From assembly GCA_965214705.1 (NCBI GenBank), contig CBDCCI010000001.1, forward strand, positions 416,001 to 480,000: DNA of 64,000 nt, written 5' to 3'. Source of the DNA: Alphaproteobacteria bacterium (GTDB taxonomy: Bacteria > Pseudomonadota > Alphaproteobacteria > UBA828). Positions 60,080-64,000 of this stretch are shown one piece after another. Made by a program: the position numbers and the translations under genes. Position 1 is the stretch's first letter. Each line of letters opens with the position of its first letter. The notes under the pieces are model-generated. The model had not been told where the DNA came from, did no database searches, and saw only the letters and a list, made by a program, of their open reading frames with translations.

Positions 60080-62484
60080 CCCGGTGCCGTGAACTTGCGC
60101 TTGCGTGCCTCGCTCATCGACCACGGCAGCCAGGGCGACAGGTCGTCCGGCGGCTTGCCGCCGTTCTTTGCGCAGGCGTCCAGCCATGCCTTCAGCCAGC
60201 GCAGCACGTCGATGCCGTTCATCGAGAGCGTGCCCACGACCGAGTACATGATCGCAATGAACGTCGCGCCGTCCTCGCTGTTGGAACCGAAGCTCAACTT
60301 CCTGCCGATGGACGGCCCGCGGAGCACGCGCTCGGCCGTGTTGTTGTCCATGGGGACCAGGGGGTGGTCGACGAAGACGCACAACCCCTCGCGATGCCTG
60401 AGCAGCGAGCGCAGGGCCTTGGCCTTGCGCCCCTTCTTCGGCAGGCCGGCCAACTCCGCCCCGGCGTCCGCGAACAGACCCTCGACCGCCTTCCTCAACG
60501 CGTCCTGCGCCGCGTCGAACGCCGGTGTCCGGCGTTCGAGGGAGGCGTCGTAATGCTTCAGCCTCTCGTCGTTCAGGTTGTAGATCTCCCCGATCCGCTC
60601 GATCCATCTCTCGCACCAGCGGGTGAGCCGCACATGGCCGGCGGCGCAGTCGATAAAGGTCCGCCTCTGGTGCGCCCAACAGAAGCAGAGGATCACCTTG
60701 CCGTCGAGTTCGCGCGCGAGCTTCCTGTAGGCGCTGAACCGGTCGCAGACCACGAGCACGGTGCAGGCGGTATCGCCGAACAGGGTTTTGGCCACCTCGG
60801 CGCTGCGCGAGGGGTCGATAAGGAAGTAGACCGTGTCCCGGCTGACCGAAGTCCACAGCCAGGCGCGGCTCGAGCGGCCGTTCCGGCGGAACTCCTGCAC
60901 GCGCCAGCCGGTCTCGTCGGCATGGCGCAGCGCCGCCTTGTTCTGGTGCGCGAGGATCGCCTCGTGGATCGGCTCGAACAGCGGCACGAAGCGCTTCTGG
61001 CTGTCGGCCAGCGTGCCCGGCGAGACCGGCAGGCCCTGGTCGGCATACCACGCCGCGACCCGGCTCAGCGGGCGGAAGCACGCACAGTGCTCGAACAGGA
61101 ACCGTGCCCAGAAGCTGGTCCCGTAGAGCGTTCCCGGGAACAGCCGCGCCGCCGGCGGCGCGATCGCCTCCAGCGGCGACGACGGGCACTCGCAGCCCCG
61201 GCGCCAGCGCGGGCGGACGATCCTGCGGATATGGGCCTTGACCTCGATCTCGATGACGTTCGTCGAGTGCTCGCCGTTGGCGACGTAGGGCTTGCCGCAA
61301 CAGGAGCAGACGCGCGCATCCTTCGGCGGGTTGCGCCGCTCCTCCTTCTCCCGCAGACCGGCTCGCTGGGTGCGGCCGTGGCCGGGCGCGCCGGGCTGCT
61401 GGCCGCGCGTGCGCCCCGTGCCCGCCTTCTTCTGCTTCTCGCTCCTGCTGCCGAACAGCGCCTTCGACAGAACGGAGCGGGTCGAGCGGAGCTTCTCGAC
61501 CCGGGATTCCAGCGTCTCGACGCGGGAGGTCAGCGTCGCCGTCTCGGCCTCCAGCGCCGCCCCCTTGGCCCTCAACTCCCGCACCTCGGTGCGCAGTCGG
61601 GCGTTGCGTTGGCGCAGCGATTCGACAAGGCCCTTCGCCCGCGCGGTCGCTGCACGGAGCTGAGCGATCCGCCTGCGCAGCGGGGCCAGCATGGCCCGCC
61701 GTTCCCGCGAAGCCTCCACGCAGAACGCGTTCCGCCGGTCGATCTCCCGGTTCAGCCCGTCGACCTCGTCGCGATGCCAGGCATCGAGCCGAAGCTCGCG
61801 CTCGTGGGAGTTGCACAGCGCCGAGTGAAGACCGGCGTTCTCGCCGGCCAGCCGCTTGCACCGTCTCTCCGAGGCCCTCGCCGCCTTCTGCAACGCGACA
61901 TTCTCCGCGCGCAGCGCCTTGTTCGTATCGGTCAGGCTCGCCGACGCCGACGCCTGCTCGCTCAGAGCCGCGACCTCGCCCTTCAGCCGTGCCACCTCCT
62001 TGTTCAGCCGCACCGCTTCCTTGTTCAGCCGCACCGCTTCCTTGCGCGAGCCGCGCAGTTCCGCACGCAGTGCCTCGTTCGTGTCTTTCTGCCCCTGCGC
62101 CTGCTCCTGCGAGCGCTCCAGCGCCCTGTGCAGCCCCCGAATCTCCTGGGATCGACGGCCGGATGTGTCGTTCCGGGCTTTCGATGCCGGGGCCTGGTGC
62201 GCTCCACGGGTATTCCTCGGCACCGGACCGCTCGCGCCCTTGCCAGCCTCTGCCTTGCGCAGAGAAGTACGGAGCCGGCGAACATCGTTGAGCAGCTCCT
62301 GCACGCGCGCTTCGGCCGCGTCCGCCCGCGCCCGCTCCGTCTCCGCGCAGGCTCGCGCCTGCTCGTACAGAGATTGCCCGTCGCGCGGCTCCGACACCAC
62401 GGCCGCCGTCGAGGGCAGCCAGACCCCGTCGTCGCCTTCGATCGACGCCAGCGCCGCCCCGGAATCCTCGTCGCGAATCGTCAC
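60076..62484 (-). CDS. IS66-family transposase with long N-terminal coiled coil
   Basis: LFGSRSEK, CSCCG, HADETGW, CWAHQRR, PMDNNTAER, WLPW. Confidence 0.9.
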   Translation of the reverse strand: MTIRDEDSGAALASIEGDDGVWLPSTAAVVSEPRDGQSLYEQARACAETERARADAAEARVQELLNDVRRLRTSLRKAEAGKGASGPVPRNTRGAHQAPASKARNDTSGRRSQEIRGLHRALERSQEQAQGQKDTNEALRAELRGSRKEAVRLNKEAVRLNKEVARLKGEVAALSEQASASASLTDTNKALRAENVALQKAARASERRCKRLAGENAGLHSALCNSHERELRLDAWHRDEVDGLNREIDRRNAFCVEASRERRAMLAPLRRRIAQLRAATARAKGLVESLRQRNARLRTEVRELRAKGAALEAETATLTSRVETLESRVEKLRSTRSVLSKALFGSRSEKQKKAGTGRTRGQQPGAPGHGRTQRAGLREKEERRNPPKDARVCSCCGKPYVANGEHSTNVIEIEVKAHIRRIVRPRWRRGCECPSSPLEAIAPPAARLFPGTLYGTSFWARFLFEHCACFRPLSRVAAWYADQGLPVSPGTLADSQKRFVPLFEPIHEAILAHQNKAALRHADETGWRVQEFRRNGRSSRAWLWTSVSRDTVYFLIDPSRSAEVAKTLFGDTACTVLVVCDRFSAYRKLARELDGKVILCFCWAHQRRTFIDCAAGHVRLTRWCERWIERIGEIYNLNDERLKHYDASLERRTPAFDAAQDALRKAVEGLFADAGAELAGLPKKGRKAKALRSLLRHREGLCVFVDHPLVPMDNNTAERVLRGPSIGRKLSFGSNSEDGATFIAIMYSVVGTLSMNGIDVLRWLKAWLDACAKNGGKPPDDLSPWLPWSMSEARKRKFTAPG

Positions 62485-62976
62485 GAGCGCGACGATAGCC
62501 GACGGTCGAGAGAGTTACCAGTAGGCACCCCCGCGCTACACCGGCGCCGTCTACAAGGCCTCGGGCTGGATCCATGTCGGGATCACCCAGGGGCGCGGGC
62601 GCTACGACACACATATGGAGCGGGCCAAGCCCAGGAAGGACATCTGGCTCAGGCCCCTCAGACGTGACTGGAGACGAACGCTCAATCGTTGAATCCATCG
62701 CACCCATCACCAGACAACCGAAGGCTTACGCATCGTGCACCCCTCGCCTCGCGGCGCGTCTGTGTCGTCGTAACAACCGTAATCACTTCGTAAGCCACCG
62801 ACATCAAACTCCAGCGTATTGGAGCGTAGGTCTGACATCGCGTCAAGGGGTAGATGAGGCAATCAACCCTTTGTGTCAATGTGTCTTATCGCACTCCAGC
62901 GTACTCCAGCGTACCCGTGCGTAGACCTGTCATAACCGGCTTCACCATTCCCAAACAAGAGGAGAGCCTTGAGGTC

Positions 62977-64000
62977 ATGAAAAAGTCGAAACTGACTCGC
63001 AGTTTGCTGGCGGCGTGCTCGATCGTCGCCCTCACGGCCGTCATGTACGGCTGCTCGAGCTCCGGGGAGGACCGGGCCAAAGCGGATCGGGACGAACTGC
63101 AAGCGCAGATCGATGCCCTGCAAGAAGCATTCGGGGACGAGGACATAACGCCGGAAGCCATCATGGCGCTCATTGCCGAGAGGGATGATGCCACGGCCGA
63201 TGTGACCCGCCTCGAAGGTGAGCTGGCCACGGCCACGGGCGAGAGGGACGGCCTCCAGACCATGTTGGACGCGGCCACGGCCGAAGTGACCCGCCTCGAA
63301 GGTGAACTGGCCACGGCCACGGACGAGAGGGACGGCCTCCAGACCATGTTGGACGCGGCCACGGCCGAAGTGACCCGCCTCGAAGGTGAACTGGCGACCG
63401 CTCAGACTGCGCTGGATGACGCCAATACGGCCCTTGCCGCAGCGCTCAAGCGTGCCGAGGACGCGGAGGCCGAGCTCACCCAGCTCGAGGAGGACGCGGC
63501 CGAGGCTCTGGCAGCCTTGGCACTCGCGGATCGGATTGCCAGAGGTGGGGCGATTGAGACGGCGATCTCAACCAACAGGCTTGGGGATTATGCGACTTCC
63601 ACTGCCAGGACCATCGACACGCTCCCCGATAGCAGCGGTGTTGACGGATTGTCGGTGGAGCGCGACGTGGCCGGCACGATAACGGTCGACGTGAACGGCG
63701 ATGACGACGACGACTACGCTGGCGGCGAGACCACGGCCGGTGACGACGACTGGAACAGTGTCAGGATGACGAGGGAAGACGCTGGCGGTGAGTCCACTCA
63801 CACCCTAGTAATCTACACGGACATCGAGGAGCCAGCGGACAAGCCGTTCACGGATCTATATGACCGGAATGCTCGCGATGACATCCTCAATGATGCGGAT
63901 CGGGTCAAGCTGGCTCAGGCCGCGGACTTCCCCTCGGGGGCAAGCCAGTCGGTGACGTACGGCGGCGACACCGGCAACCCGGAGTCGTTCGCCGGCACCT
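62977..64000 (+). CDS. Surface lipoprotein C (partial, runs off the window; absent from the ORF track)
   Basis: AGGAGAG RBS; MKKSKLTRSLLAACSIVALTAVMYG-CSSS; frame open to 64000; the distal part is near-identical to lipoprotein B. Confidence 0.88.
   Translation, partial: MKKSKLTRSLLAACSIVALTAVMYGCSSSGEDRAKADRDELQAQIDALQEAFGDEDITPEAIMALIAERDDATADVTRLEGELATATGERDGLQTMLDAATAEVTRLEGELATATDERDGLQTMLDAATAEVTRLEGELATAQTALDDANTALAAALKRAEDAEAELTQLEEDAAEALAALALADRIARGGAIETAISTNRLGDYATSTARTIDTLPDSSGVDGLSVERDVAGTITVDVNGDDDDDYAGGETTAGDDDWNSVRMTREDAGGESTHTLVIYTDIEEPADKPFTDLYDRNARDDILNDADRVKLAQAADFPSGASQSVTYGGDTGNPESFAGT
63190..63395 (+). repeat. 84-bp (28-aa) coding tandem repeat, about 2.5 copies
   Basis: ATA(D/E)VTRLEGELATAT(G/D)ERDGLQTMLDA repeated. 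Confidence 0.85.

Larger units (their letters stand above)
59161..62729 (-). mobile_element. IS66-like element carrying DUF4338, with about 200-bp terminal inverted repeats (3569 bp)
   Basis: Termini GTAAGCCTTCGG and CCGAAGGCTTAC; 8-bp TSD GCATCGTG; 59161-59361 is inverted at 62529-62729. Confidence 0.92.
53880..62969 (-). mobile_element. Dual-integrase cassette copy 2 (4007 bp without ISs), between divergent lipoprotein genes B and C
   Basis: Ends AGGCTCTCCT (53880-89) and AGGAGAGCCT (62960-69); the inverted repeat continues about 90 bp outward through both signal-peptide coding sequences. Confidence 0.85.

Noticed and set aside
59198-62710. 1170-aa ORF
   Set aside because: An alternative frame over the IS66 transposase that happens to be open into DUF4338; the real gene starts at 60079.
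23691-62969. Inverted cassette duplication as a pure assembly artefact
   Set aside because: The copies carry different ISs with correct TSDs, have different flanking genes and differ at a few bases (near 23711, 26901 and 31785). Read-level confirmation is still needed.
63190-63395. CRISPR array, also considered for the repeats at 52.7-53.5 kb and 23.7 kb
   Set aside because: These are in-frame coding repeats or 10-bp boxes without unique spacers, and there are no cas genes.

Overview
High-GC bacterial window, probably an alphaproteobacterium (judged from a REP-like element at about 14.35-14.45 kb), dominated by mobile DNA. From 0.3-14.1 kb: an IS91-type transposase, a tandem tyrosine-integrase pair, decayed TRAP/AraC genes, a B12 radical SAM gene and an Urt-like amide ABC uptake cluster with amidase and formamidase-family genes. 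From 14.5-64 kb: two Slam (type 11 secretion, T11SS) loci with TbpB-like beta-barrel cargo proteins (lipoproteins A, B and C plus one non-lipidated cargo). Each locus is attached to a near-identical cassette that is 4007 bp once its IS insertions are removed (int1-int2-DUF1640-like gene, with a different upstream region at each end). The cassette is bounded at both ends by the inverted core AGGAGAGCCT, which overlaps the lipoprotein ribosome-binding sites, and it lies in opposite orientations relative to the Slam-linked lipoprotein gene in the two loci. The best candidate for a new system is therefore a dual-integrase invertible switch that phase-varies T11SS surface lipoproteins. Between the loci lies a plasmid/ICE-like backbone (Rpn, Zn-finger repeat protein, ssb, TOPRIM primase, DUF2493) in which the primase is split by an antisense group II intron whose domain V is in turn split by an IS66. 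Eight complete IS copies have readable target-site duplications, including two IS66-like elements with 200-220 bp terminal inverted repeats carrying a DUF4338 (DruA/Mom-like) gene and an ISAs1 with a fused DUF4338 domain. All family assignments come from motif recognition by eye, not database searches.
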